Source of the DNA: a virus
Taxonomy: Duplodnaviria; Caudoviricetes
Virus record (IMG/VR): IMGVR_UViG_3300040985_002232
Coordinates: 1 to 25,842 of that record
Reading direction: 5' to 3' (one strand)
DNA: 25,842 nt
A program made the translations under genes and the position numbers. Position 1 is the first letter of the stretch. Each line of letters opens with the position of its first letter. This document shows, piece after piece, positions 8,793-17,407 of the stretch. The notes beneath the pieces were generated by a model. The model ran no database searches and was not told where the DNA came from. It was given only the letters and a program-made list of their open reading frames with translations.

Positions 8793-9014
8793 TTATCTAA
8801 ACAATTTTCGTTCACGTTTTCTTTCTAGCTTGCGCTGCTCTCTGCGTGCTGTCTCAGATTTAACTTTTTTCTTGATGGAGGGCTTGATATAATGATCAGT
8901 CTTTTCACGATATAACTTAACAATACCTTCCTTTTTGCATTTGCGATTAAATCTTCTGACTAGTTTCTCCGAGGTCTCGCCTCTTCGTAAGCTTACTCTA
9001 ATGTTTGTGGCCAC
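8793..9014 (-). CDS. rpsU: Phage-encoded 30S ribosomal protein bS21
   Basis: 73 aa, highly basic; V...RGET.EKLVRRFNRKCKKEGI...YRE...YIKPS.KKK matches the bS21 pattern E..E.ALRRFKR..EK.G.L.E.R.R..YEKP; GTG start. Confidence 0.88.
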   Translation of the reverse strand: MATNIRVSLRRGETSEKLVRRFNRKCKKEGIVKLYREKTDHYIKPSIKKKVKSETARREQRKLERKRERKLFR

Positions 9015-9017
9015 GGA

Positions 9018-9467
9018 TTACCTGCTTTCTTTCTTTACTTTATTCATGTGCGCGCCCCAACTGGATCCGACAGACCCAAACAGGTTGCCAATGTCCACGC
9101 CGGCGTCAGTGGGATTCTGCCCAGACATAGGGTTCGCTTGCTGATTAGGGCTTCCTTGGGCAGGGGCAGGGGTTGTTCCCTCAAATAAGTTAACACCGTT
9201 AAATGCTTCTCCGCCAATGGCAGACATTAACTTCGCTCTGTGTTCCTTGAGCTTTCCGGACTGCTCTTTGCTAAATGCATTTCGCTTCATCCTTTCGGCT
9301 GTGGGGTCGGTCTTAGGTATGAGAGTTTCCACGATTGGTTGTGGTGCTGACATTCCTCTGACCACTTCGGCAATGATGCCGGAGATTAAGCCGTCTTCCA
9401 TTAGTGATTCTTTTATACACTCACTAACGATTGGCTTGATTAATTTTTTAAACTCTGACTTTTTCAT
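9018..9467 (-). CDS. Hypothetical protein (149 aa) with leader-like N-terminus
   Basis: MKKSEFKKLIKPIVSECIKE start; tightly packed between neighbours in the head module. Confidence 0.75.
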   Translation of the reverse strand: MKKSEFKKLIKPIVSECIKESLMEDGLISGIIAEVVRGMSAPQPIVETLIPKTDPTAERMKRNAFSKEQSGKLKEHRAKLMSAIGGEAFNGVNLFEGTTPAPAQGSPNQQANPMSGQNPTDAGVDIGNLFGSVGSSWGAHMNKVKKESR

Positions 9468-9484
9468 AGGATAACTAACTTATT

Positions 9485-9988
9485 TTACTCTTCTTGGGTC
9501 ATTTCTCCTGATGCGACAGCCTGTAGAAGGGCTCCCATCTTGTTGCTGTTCTCCACCTCCGCCTCCGCCGATTTGACAGCGACGTCGCGAAGATTAGCTA
9601 TAATTTTTTGTGCTCCGGCGGAGTCTTCCAGTCCGAGGGCTTTGAGATCGTCTTCCATATCATCGATGCGCTTGGTCAACTTAGCCTGTGCATCCTTAAA
9701 CACTTGTTCTATTTTCTTCTTGTGAAGATCGATGATCTTAACTTTTTTGCCGTAAGCATACTTTCCCTTAATGGCTCCTGCTTTACCGGCTGCGTCCACT
9801 TCTCCGCCTTGACCTAACGCTGCTCGTTTCATGGCAGCCGCCCTTGCGCCGACTGATTTGCGGGCAGCGCCGGTGCCGCGGAATAGCCCAGAGGCGGTCG
9901 CTTTGAATTGGTCCCATTTTCCCTCTTCGATCGCAATATCAATCTCTTCGTTGATAATCTGTTTTAACTCTTGCTTTGAAATTTGCAT
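9485..9988 (-). CDS. Leader-family protein, putative internal head protein (167 aa)
   Basis: MQISKQELKQIINEE leader; AGGAG SD; Ala/Lys-rich then coiled coil; directly downstream of the protease. Confidence 0.7.
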   Translation of the reverse strand: MQISKQELKQIINEEIDIAIEEGKWDQFKATASGLFRGTGAARKSVGARAAAMKRAALGQGGEVDAAGKAGAIKGKYAYGKKVKIIDLHKKKIEQVFKDAQAKLTKRIDDMEDDLKALGLEDSAGAQKIIANLRDVAVKSAEAEVENSNKMGALLQAVASGEMTQEE

Positions 9989-9991
9989 TTT

Positions 9992-10591
9992 TTAATCTCC
10001 TATAATGCTATTCATCAAATTAATGATCTTATTGTTCTTCTCTACTTGCTCATTCATGATCTTACTTTCTGATAGTGACATGAATGCGTTCGGGGTTGAG
10101 GGTTCCGACACAATGTCAAACGCAATCAGCTGGAAGTCGTCCTCAACATATGTTTTACCACGTTCGTCTCGTACCGAGCCCAAGCCTCTAGACGATATAC
10201 CAATCTTTACATTAGCCTCTATAAGGGACTTCAATATCTGTCCGGCAGGTGTGGTCAGGACTTTGATCTTGCCCATTACTGCCGGTCCTTCCATCCAGAT
10301 CTTTGTAACCATATGCGAAACGTTCGCGAGGTTCACGATGGAGGAATCTGGGTGGTCAAGTTCTCCCAACGCTCTGTTGTCTGCTACGACTTTATTATAC
10401 TTTCCGATCTCTCTTGAAAGAATCGGAAGGGGATATACGCGACCGTTGCCGTTTTCGCACTCAGCTTGCTGAAGTTTGCCGGATAGGATGAGTCCGCCTT
10501 CGCGGACAAACCCCTTCTCGGCTTCCGTCAGTAAATCCTGACAGACGCCACCTTCGCATAGTTCATAGTATTCTCGGAGAAGTTGGGGCAC
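9992..10591 (-). CDS. Prohead core protease (T4 gp21-like)
   Basis: N.NGRVYP, ALGELDHP, NVSH, GISSRGLGS and FDIVSEPS motifs characteristic of the gp21 family; GTG start. Confidence 0.93.
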   Translation of the reverse strand: MPQLLREYYELCEGGVCQDLLTEAEKGFVREGGLILSGKLQQAECENGNGRVYPLPILSREIGKYNKVVADNRALGELDHPDSSIVNLANVSHMVTKIWMEGPAVMGKIKVLTTPAGQILKSLIEANVKIGISSRGLGSVRDERGKTYVEDDFQLIAFDIVSEPSTPNAFMSLSESKIMNEQVEKNNKIINLMNSIIGD

Positions 10592-10601
10592 TGTTTATTC
10601 C

Positions 10602-10976
10602 TTATTTCGAATGTTTCGTGCCGAGGGGAATGTGTCCAAGACCCGGTACCGTGCGGGCAGCGCGGAGCTTGTCGGCATCGATCTTTGCCATAGCCTCTGG
10701 ATCGGAAATCCTCTTCGCAATCTCGACCCACTTAGCAGGCTTATAGCGCCCACTAAGGGCGCGGAGCCTTTTTTCGCTCCATCCCAAAGCCTCAGAAGCT
10801 TTTATGATAAGCTCGTCTTGGGCGGCCGGGTCGCCTTCACCTGCGCGTTGAGCGAGAGCTGTGAGGCTTTCGAGATCTGGTCCTTCCTCAAGCGGCGAAA
10901 CAGCCTCTCCGCGATTCACTGTCTCGTGCAAGAAGTACCTTGGATCTATTCGTTTTACATTTTTTCTGCGTGCCAT
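10602..10976 (-). CDS. Hypothetical protein (124 aa)
   Basis: Basic N-terminus ending YFLHE (F-L-x-E); fills the gap ahead of the protease on the dominant strand. Confidence 0.7.
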   Translation of the reverse strand: MARRKNVKRIDPRYFLHETVNRGEAVSPLEEGPDLESLTALAQRAGEGDPAAQDELIIKASEALGWSEKRLRALSGRYKPAKWVEIAKRISDPEAMAKIDADKLRAARTVPGLGHIPLGTKHSK

Positions 10977-10980
10977 TCTC

Positions 10981-11079
10981 TTATTCCTTTTTAAAGTTTA
11001 ACGTGGGGACTCTCGCCCCCACATAAAATATGCTACCGGAGCAGCATCTGCGTACGCGTGGGATATTACGTTTCTTCAT
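10981..11079 (-). CDS. 32-aa basic micro-ORF with CC motif
   Basis: Not in the track. Very strong SD GGAGGTG-N4-ATG; MKKRNIPRVRRCCSGSIFYVGARVPTLNFKKE*; overlaps the upstream stop and ends 4 nt before the next ATG. Confidence 0.55.
   Translation of the reverse strand: MKKRNIPRVRRCCSGSIFYVGARVPTLNFKKE
11001..11024 (-). other. GNRA-tetraloop RNA hairpin
   Basis: Sense ATGTGGGGGC-GAGA-GTCCCCACGT: 10-bp stem with two G-U pairs (favouring the minus strand); no clean U-tract. Confidence 0.6.
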
Positions 11080-11392
11080 GATTCACCTCCCTCTGGGACA
11101 TCTTGATCCCGTAATCATCGACCACCATGCTTAAGAAGTATGATGTCCCTGCGCTTATACAGCCACACAAGAATGCGTTAACGGCTGAATATTCAAATGT
11201 AAATAGTTCCGTATACGGACTTACGCCCCATAGAAATACGCCAACCCAGAATCCCATGCACAAATGGCAATGGAATAAACGACCAAAGCCGCCCATTGAT
11301 TTGCAAGGTGGTCGGATCTTATTGAAGATATGTCCGTGTATAATAATAAATGTCATGCCGTAAGCGGCGAGTATAAAGTGTAGTAATTCCAT
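11066..11392 (-). CDS. Small membrane protein with CxxC (DUF1360-like, 108 aa)
   Basis: Start re-assigned to MELLHF (1 nt after the upstream stop); three hydrophobic segments and LFHCHLCMGFWVG, resembling the DUF1360 LxCxxCxxxW motif. Confidence 0.6.
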   Translation of the reverse strand: MELLHFILAAYGMTFIIIHGHIFNKIRPPCKSMGGFGRLFHCHLCMGFWVGVFLWGVSPYTELFTFEYSAVNAFLCGCISAGTSYFLSMVVDDYGIKMSQREVNHEET

Positions 11393-11393
11393 A

Positions 11394-11990
11394 TTAACTT
11401 TCATCTTGTCGGACGTCCGGGTCATCTATATCCGGGTGGGCGCCGAGTTCATCTTGTAGGTCTTTTTCAAGTTTGTGATTTAGATCCGGAAGCGGAGAAT
11501 CTGGGTCTGCTGTTTTGGCGAACCTTATTACAGCTTTCGCCCATTTCTTCAACTTTTCTTTATCTAATAGCTGTTCATACTCATCTTCTATGTTCAGAAT
11601 CTCAAAGCCTGGAAGTGTTGTTGCCATAGAATCATCCATTCCTATTATATCGTCTACCACAAAAGCACCTATTCGTCCGCCGTGAGACTTTGCTTTGTCA
11701 GCTAGCCACTCAACGGCACGGTCGGATCCTGATTCTAGTGCAATTTGCATTTCGTCTGGGATCCAGTCTAGGACTTCCTCTACACTCTCTACTGCTGACA
11801 TTATGTTTTTTATTTGATTTGTCGCTACTTTAAATCCAAACCGCGCCAACGTCTTTCCAATACGTGGCCACTTATTAGCAGCCACCGAAAGCGTTATCTT
11901 CTGGGCGAGTTCGCCCCAAGTCTCGGGGTTATTCGCGTCCTCAGTTACAAAAGCGCGCCAGTTCTCCATTATGAGTTTCATCTCACTCAT
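11394..11990 (-). CDS. Hypothetical protein with MKLIMENW leader (198 aa)
   Basis: MSEMKLIMENWRAFVTE shares its leader with 23101..23700 (MKLIMENWKRFLNE); the remainder is unrelated. Confidence 0.75.
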   Translation of the reverse strand: MSEMKLIMENWRAFVTEDANNPETWGELAQKITLSVAANKWPRIGKTLARFGFKVATNQIKNIMSAVESVEEVLDWIPDEMQIALESGSDRAVEWLADKAKSHGGRIGAFVVDDIIGMDDSMATTLPGFEILNIEDEYEQLLDKEKLKKWAKAVIRFAKTADPDSPLPDLNHKLEKDLQDELGAHPDIDDPDVRQDES

Positions 11991-11993
11991 GGT

Positions 11994-12500
11994 TTAATAC
12001 CGATTGCGGAGTGGGTAGTAGTAGTAGCCCGGGCGCATCGAACCCTTCTCAGCATACGATGGAACCTCACCATACTCGGTAGAGTCACGATCAGAAGGAT
12101 GAACAAACATATCTTCAAGTCCTTTCTCGTACTTGTCGGCGATCTGCTCGTGCTGTGCTTCGATTTCTAGGAACTCGGCAATAACAAATGTGGCAGCCTG
12201 AAGTGAGTTAACTTCATCGTTTTCAAAAACGACAGCTTCAAGGGAACGAAATACGTTTCCGCCCTGGATCGAAGATCGGTCGACAATACCTCTATCTGCT
12301 AGAAGTTCCAGTAATCGATTCTGAAATTCATAAACGTCCTCTGTAGCAACGGTCTTGGGAAAAGTTGTAATCTTCATTGAGGATGGTACCACGGCAATAT
12401 CAATCTTTTGATGATCCATGATAAGTAAGGAGCCGTCAAGGGCTCTTCTGGCCTGAAGTTCTACGGTTGCATCAGGTCCGCCTATGTGGATTTTAATCAT
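11994..12500 (-). CDS. Hypothetical protein (168 aa)
   Basis: Overlaps the upstream stop by 8 nt; globular-looking with an aromatic C-terminal tail; no family recognised. Confidence 0.75.
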   Translation of the reverse strand: MIKIHIGGPDATVELQARRALDGSLLIMDHQKIDIAVVPSSMKITTFPKTVATEDVYEFQNRLLELLADRGIVDRSSIQGGNVFRSLEAVVFENDEVNSLQAATFVIAEFLEIEAQHEQIADKYEKGLEDMFVHPSDRDSTEYGEVPSYAEKGSMRPGYYYYPLRNRY

Positions 12501-13299
12501 TTGCTGACAACTCCTTGACTAGCTCTTGTGTCTGCAGTACCTTATTTAGATCGGTATCGGTGAACTCGCGCTTCCGAAATTCTTCTAGGTAGTTATTTAT
12601 TCCTTCAAGCTTCTGTGAAATGAGGGTTTCCTCTGCAGATTGCTTAGCTTCTGCCACTAGTGCTTTGAGTCGCGACAGTTCTTCATTAAGATACACGCGG
12701 AGTTCAAAGCCCTCATCGGCAAAGCTGGTGATGTATCGATTAAGCAAATCCTTCTGCTCTTTAAGGAGTCCTGTATATTTGCTGTTAAACTTCTTTATGA
12801 ACGAGTGATAAGTAATATTATCAATTGTCTTCAGTTCATCAGCAGCATCTCCTGGAGACGTCATCTTCTCGATGATCGCCTGCTCAAACAAAACCTTCTT
12901 CTTGATTGACATCTTCGTATTAAATATAGCATTAACCGAGGCCAGAGATTTAAAGTTTGGTACGAAGTTGGACCATGTTGTTTGTCCGAGGTTCTTGTTG
13001 ATGGCTGCAATGATCCTTGACTGCGCACTAAAGACTGCGTTATTGTCAATCTGTGCATGTGCGAACTTTGTTTCCTGTAGCAGTCTTTCGGCGATGTTTG
13101 GTTTGATATCTTCAGACTCAAGCAGAATCTTATAGAGATTCAATTCTTGGGTGAGCACCGAGCCTGCATTGAAGTGTTCTTTCACCAGGGAAACAACTTT
13201 CGACTTTCTCTTGCTGTTCTTATCAACGATAGCCTTTGTTAACTCTCGTGAGAGCGTTTCGTAAATAAAGGCAGTATTTCTTTTCTTATTGTGTTTCAT
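12493..13299 (-). CDS. Hypothetical helical protein downstream of portal (268 aa)
   Basis: Overlaps the portal stop; basic N-terminus KHNKKRN; head-assembly role inferred only from position. Confidence 0.75.
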   Translation of the reverse strand: MKHNKKRNTAFIYETLSRELTKAIVDKNSKRKSKVVSLVKEHFNAGSVLTQELNLYKILLESEDIKPNIAERLLQETKFAHAQIDNNAVFSAQSRIIAAINKNLGQTTWSNFVPNFKSLASVNAIFNTKMSIKKKVLFEQAIIEKMTSPGDAADELKTIDNITYHSFIKKFNSKYTGLLKEQKDLLNRYITSFADEGFELRVYLNEELSRLKALVAEAKQSAEETLISQKLEGINNYLEEFRKREFTDTDLNKVLQTQELVKELSAND

Positions 13300-15271
13300 C
13301 TTTTTTGTCCTCTTTACGTTCCATCGCTTCGACTAGGCGGCGTACCTTTGAAGTATTCCTAAACAAAACTGCTTCGTCGTCAGTATAAGTAGGTTGCTGT
13401 TGTTCTTCTAGACCTGACCATACGTCAGCGGCTGTAAATCCTCTAATATTACTAGCCCCCGGGGGTGTTGTGGACCGATCGGAATGTCCGGCTAATGCTT
13501 CACTGGTGTGGAGAGTCTTTATCCTTCTGCTTCTTGGTCCGGAGCCACCCTTGGCGCGTCTGTCTGCGCCCGGTCGTTTCTTATGTCCTGTACCTTGCTG
13601 TCCGCTTTTTTGCGGGAGGTTTTTCTTTCGATTGTCTTCCCGGCGTCCGGGTGTTGCCAAGAGGGCAGAGTCGTCGCCCTCTCCTTCTCCTCCGAAGTCT
13701 TCACCTCCGAGGTCTTCCCCTCCGAGATCGACGTCGCCCTCGCCACCGAGATCGAGGTCGCCTTCGCCTCCGAGATCTCCCATGCCACCGCCGGCTGCGT
13801 CCATGGCTCCTTCTTCAGCTAGTCCTTCAAGAGTCTGCTGGTACTTGCGATCATAGAATGTCTCTCGCTGATTGCGGAGGAATTCGGTGTCCGTCATGCC
13901 GAGAATATTGTGAGCAATCCAACGTTTGCTGTAAGTTCCTTCGGGGACGCCGGCGGCTGTGTCGAACTTGGTCTTCAGATATTCAAGTTGTTGTAGTTCC
14001 GCCAAACGTGACGGGTTATTGAGTGTTATCTTAAATGACAAAAGGTCTTGCCCTCTGTATCCCAGCGTGTAGAGGTGGACAATGGCCATCTTTTCAAGCT
14101 CAGCTACTATTGATCGCTGCAGTCTCGTGATTGTGCGCGCGAAACGAATATCCTTCTGGGCTAGAGTTGTTTTATCTTCATCGGCGCCCTCTAAGTTGGT
14201 GAGGTATGCTTGCGGAATCTTAATCGCTGAGAATAGTTTATCGCGGAGATACTTAACATCGTCAATATCGTTGAGACTCGAGGCGCCAGCTAGTGACTTG
14301 ATATCAGACCCAATGCCGCCGCGCATTGGAATGAAGTAATCCTCTTCTAGGGAGAGCGGGTTGTAGCGAAGGTCGACGCGACCTGTGTTAGCATCAACAA
14401 GCTGGTTGCGCTTCATCTCGGTCTTAACTTTCTCCATGTACTGAGGTACATCCTGTGGAGGAATGTTGCCAACGTCGATTTGAAAGATACGGCGTTCCGG
14501 GGCACGGACGACGCGGTAGGCAATCATCGCGTCCTCTAGCAAAACAAGCTGGCGCCAGATGCGGCGAGCGGGGTCGAGGACCGAGGTACCATATGGAGAG
14601 TATCGGTCGTTACCCAGGATGCGGAAGTGGGCAACCTGCCAGTTTTCGAAGGTCATGCCTGCGCCGTTCCACTGGTACTGAACGTAGTTTGGGTTTGACT
14701 CGTCTTGTCCCTCTAATCTCTCAACCTCGTTGTTGGGCATGCCGATCACTGATGTGATGCCCAGTTTCTCGTCGATGTCGAGGTAGAGGAAGAAATCGCC
14801 GTACTTGCACATGGAACGCGCCCAACCGAAACAGTTGAACTCAATGTTGAGGGCATCGTAAAAGAGTGACTCAAGAATAGTCTTAATCTCATGGTTCATG
14901 CAATCGATGTTCAAGAGACGATCATAATCGTTAGCAGTCGTCATCTCATCCGCATAGATATCAAGTGCTGATGCGATCTCCGGCATGTACTCCATCTGCT
15001 CAAAATCGATGTAGCGTTCTGCGCGGTTCTGGCTGCGGAATGCAGCCGACGTCATCATATTGTAGTTCTGGGAATAGTTGTTGTCGGAGCGTTTGAACTC
15101 CTGCCCACTCATAGAACGGAATCGGAAGCGATACTTATCGAGGTTGTTGCGGCGATCCTGTCGTGCTACCTGTGTACGGTAGTTAACGATTGGTCCCGAT
15201 AGGAGACGGGTTAGTCTCTTAAATAAGGGTGACGCGGGGTTGCGTGGGTTTTTCTCATTATTGTTAGCCAT
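13286..15271 (-). CDS. Portal protein (T4 gp20-like) with extended low-complexity C-terminus
   Basis: PEIASALDIYADE, LLEDAMIAYRVVRAPERRIFQIDVGNIP, EEDYFIP.RG, DDVKY and DIRFAR motifs match gp20-family portals; follows terminase. Confidence 0.95.
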   Translation of the reverse strand: MANNNEKNPRNPASPLFKRLTRLLSGPIVNYRTQVARQDRRNNLDKYRFRFRSMSGQEFKRSDNNYSQNYNMMTSAAFRSQNRAERYIDFEQMEYMPEIASALDIYADEMTTANDYDRLLNIDCMNHEIKTILESLFYDALNIEFNCFGWARSMCKYGDFFLYLDIDEKLGITSVIGMPNNEVERLEGQDESNPNYVQYQWNGAGMTFENWQVAHFRILGNDRYSPYGTSVLDPARRIWRQLVLLEDAMIAYRVVRAPERRIFQIDVGNIPPQDVPQYMEKVKTEMKRNQLVDANTGRVDLRYNPLSLEEDYFIPMRGGIGSDIKSLAGASSLNDIDDVKYLRDKLFSAIKIPQAYLTNLEGADEDKTTLAQKDIRFARTITRLQRSIVAELEKMAIVHLYTLGYRGQDLLSFKITLNNPSRLAELQQLEYLKTKFDTAAGVPEGTYSKRWIAHNILGMTDTEFLRNQRETFYDRKYQQTLEGLAEEGAMDAAGGGMGDLGGEGDLDLGGEGDVDLGGEDLGGEDFGGEGEGDDSALLATPGRREDNRKKNLPQKSGQQGTGHKKRPGADRRAKGGSGPRSRRIKTLHTSEALAGHSDRSTTPPGASNIRGFTAADVWSGLEEQQQPTYTDDEAVLFRNTSKVRRLVEAMERKEDKKDETQ

Positions 15272-15274
15272 TTT

Positions 15275-16858
15275 TTAGCCCTTTATTAAACCAGAGTATT
15301 GCTCATTGAAGCGCACGGCCTCGCTGTTCCTTTGGTTTTCCTTTGTAACTTTGTGCCCAGTCTGTCCCGGGATCGTTGTAGAGATACTGGTGGAAGCACA
15401 AGAAATGCCGCCAATGAAACTCTTGCTATATTCTATACTTTTTTGACTTTCGATAATCACTGTGTCTCTCACCCAACAACCAATTGCAAACGACATAACC
15501 AAATCATCGTTGTAACTTCTCATCGCCTGGGGTCTGCCATGGTGCCAAATAAAGGTTTTCATTTCGGACAACAAGCGATTAGAGTTAATAGTAATTAGTT
15601 TGTTTCTCATGAACTCTTCCATCTTGGCAACAATCAAAGGTCGAGTCTTAGAAGAAGTTGTAAATCCCGGGATTGCATTGGATTGCCATTGCGCGGTTAC
15701 GGGATCGATGTATTGGTGGTCTCCTTTAGTAGAATAGTATAAGTTAGGATACTCTTTATCTTGAAGTTTTTTAAGTACTGCGAAGCCAATATTGTTGTTT
15801 TCTATCACAACCATAGGGTTGTTGTATTCGGATGCCACATTGTGAAGTATATCGGCGAAGTCATCTGGCGTGGGTTTTCCGATGTATTCGGCTACTTGGC
15901 ACAGATCATCAAGCTGAATAATGTGGAAGGCGCTGTTGTCTTTGCCATCGCCGCGCGCAACATCAGCTACAATTAGATATGATTTTTCTGGATTGTGTTT
16001 TTCCCAGATCCAATAGTTTCTATCAAACCCAGTACGATACTCCGGGGCGATCGCTTTTTCAAGGTACCACTGTATGTCGTCGGGATGAATGACTGTCTCG
16101 CCTGAGACATTGAAGTTACATTCAAGCTCTTGTGCGATCTGTCGCTTGGACATATTCTTGGTTTCTTTTTCAAACCATTTCTTATCTCTATCGGGGTGGA
16201 CGTCCCATAAGAGGGTGGTCATGTGGAAGTCGTTCGTTCTATTCTCGGCTTCAACGCAGTTTTGGTGGAACCAGTTGCCAACACCATTTGGGGTTGAGAG
16301 GGCGATGCAGCGACCACCTGTTGATAGTGTGGGATATAGAGCGGTCCACAGTTCATCTAGGCGTTCAACGTGGGCGGCCTCATCGATGATTAGTAGTGAT
16401 AACGCTTCAGAACGTCCAGCGTCGCCAGATGTCGATGAACTTTTAATTTGGGATCCATTGCCAAGCTCGAAAGAGGTACGGTTATCGATAGTGATATCCG
16501 AGATTCTCATCCAGTCGGGCAAGTTCTTGATTATTGCTTTGACTTTTTTAACTAAGTTTGTGGCTGTCTGAAGTTTTGTTGCCACAACAAGGATATTCTT
16601 GTCGCGATGAAAAAGCATTAGCCATGCCACATAGGCAGCTGTGATTGTCGAGATACCTAGCTGGCGCGCCTTAAGGATAATATTAAAACGATAATCGTTA
16701 AAGTCTACAAGAAGGTCTTTTTGATAATCAAAAGCCTTAAAGGGAATAAGCCCCTTCTGGGGGTGAGAGATACGACAATAGCTTGTAGTAAAATATACCG
16801 GGTCTTTGCCGGCCTTCACGATTTCTTTTAATATCTCTTTCTTAGTAAGAGCTGCCAT
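15275..16858 (-). CDS. terL: Terminase large subunit (T4 gp17-like)
   Basis: FDYQ adenine-binding motif, KARQLGIS Walker A variant, LLIIDEAA Walker B, STPNG coupling motif, QELEC.F, nuclease motifs VADVARG, D.SA and NDDLVMS. Confidence 0.95.
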   Translation of the reverse strand: MAALTKKEILKEIVKAGKDPVYFTTSYCRISHPQKGLIPFKAFDYQKDLLVDFNDYRFNIILKARQLGISTITAAYVAWLMLFHRDKNILVVATKLQTATNLVKKVKAIIKNLPDWMRISDITIDNRTSFELGNGSQIKSSSTSGDAGRSEALSLLIIDEAAHVERLDELWTALYPTLSTGGRCIALSTPNGVGNWFHQNCVEAENRTNDFHMTTLLWDVHPDRDKKWFEKETKNMSKRQIAQELECNFNVSGETVIHPDDIQWYLEKAIAPEYRTGFDRNYWIWEKHNPEKSYLIVADVARGDGKDNSAFHIIQLDDLCQVAEYIGKPTPDDFADILHNVASEYNNPMVVIENNNIGFAVLKKLQDKEYPNLYYSTKGDHQYIDPVTAQWQSNAIPGFTTSSKTRPLIVAKMEEFMRNKLITINSNRLLSEMKTFIWHHGRPQAMRSYNDDLVMSFAIGCWVRDTVIIESQKSIEYSKSFIGGISCASTSISTTIPGQTGHKVTKENQRNSEAVRFNEQYSGLIKG

Positions 16859-16860
16859 TA

Positions 16861-17406
16861 TTAGATCTTCACATTAGAAGGCTTCTTGGCTTTGTCTCTC
16901 CCCATTGAAAGAAATTCACGAATTGCTGAATCGAGGCGCTCTTCATCGGTGCCTCCATTAACATCTACAACGTCCGTCAATCCGCCGATACGATAGTCGC
17001 AATGCGCCTGTACGTCCGTGCGGTAGTTGGATATACGCTGAACTAGAATAGAGGAGTCACCCTCCTTCGTCAGCGTAAGAGAGTTGCCCGTGATAGCTTT
17101 GTATTCTTTCTTCAGGAACTTGACGATCTCCTGAATCTGGCCTTCGATGTCGCCTTCAAAACCTTTGTCTTGGACTTCTTTGATTCTTGTCTCTGCTTGA
17201 TATGTAACGCGGAGGATGGGACCGTGGAATTGAACCCCAAAGCCATCCATCACGCGGCGGTCATTAATGTAGTGACCGTCCTGCCGCTTGAGTCCTGCGT
17301 CGCGGGCTTTGCCGTCGGCTTGGAGTGACTCTTCGTGAGCACCATCCCAGGCGCCATTGGCGGCGGCCTGATTAATTCCCTGAATGATTTCGTATACTGT
17401 TGCCAT
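16861..17406 (-). CDS. Hypothetical protein (181 aa)
   Basis: Start re-assigned to MATVYEII at 17406 (GAGGA SD, 1 nt after the upstream stop), removing the overlap in the track; no family recognised. Confidence 0.75.
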   Translation of the reverse strand: MATVYEIIQGINQAAANGAWDGAHEESLQADGKARDAGLKRQDGHYINDRRVMDGFGVQFHGPILRVTYQAETRIKEVQDKGFEGDIEGQIQEIVKFLKKEYKAITGNSLTLTKEGDSSILVQRISNYRTDVQAHCDYRIGGLTDVVDVNGGTDEERLDSAIREFLSMGRDKAKKPSNVKI

Positions 17407-17407
17407 G

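Noticed and set aside
8793-9014. Bacterial chromosome or prophage boundary suggested by rpsU and primase
   Set aside because: bS21 is embedded among phage head genes 16 kb from the primase, not in an rpsU-dnaG-rpoD operon; no other host genes or integrase are present.
11001-11024. Intrinsic terminator call for the GNRA hairpin
   Set aside because: No U-tract follows on either strand and it lies mid-operon; kept only as an unexplained hairpin.
13465-14757. Several overlapping plus-strand and alternate-frame ORFs within the portal
   Set aside because: Low-complexity, GC-rich shadows of the portal gene.
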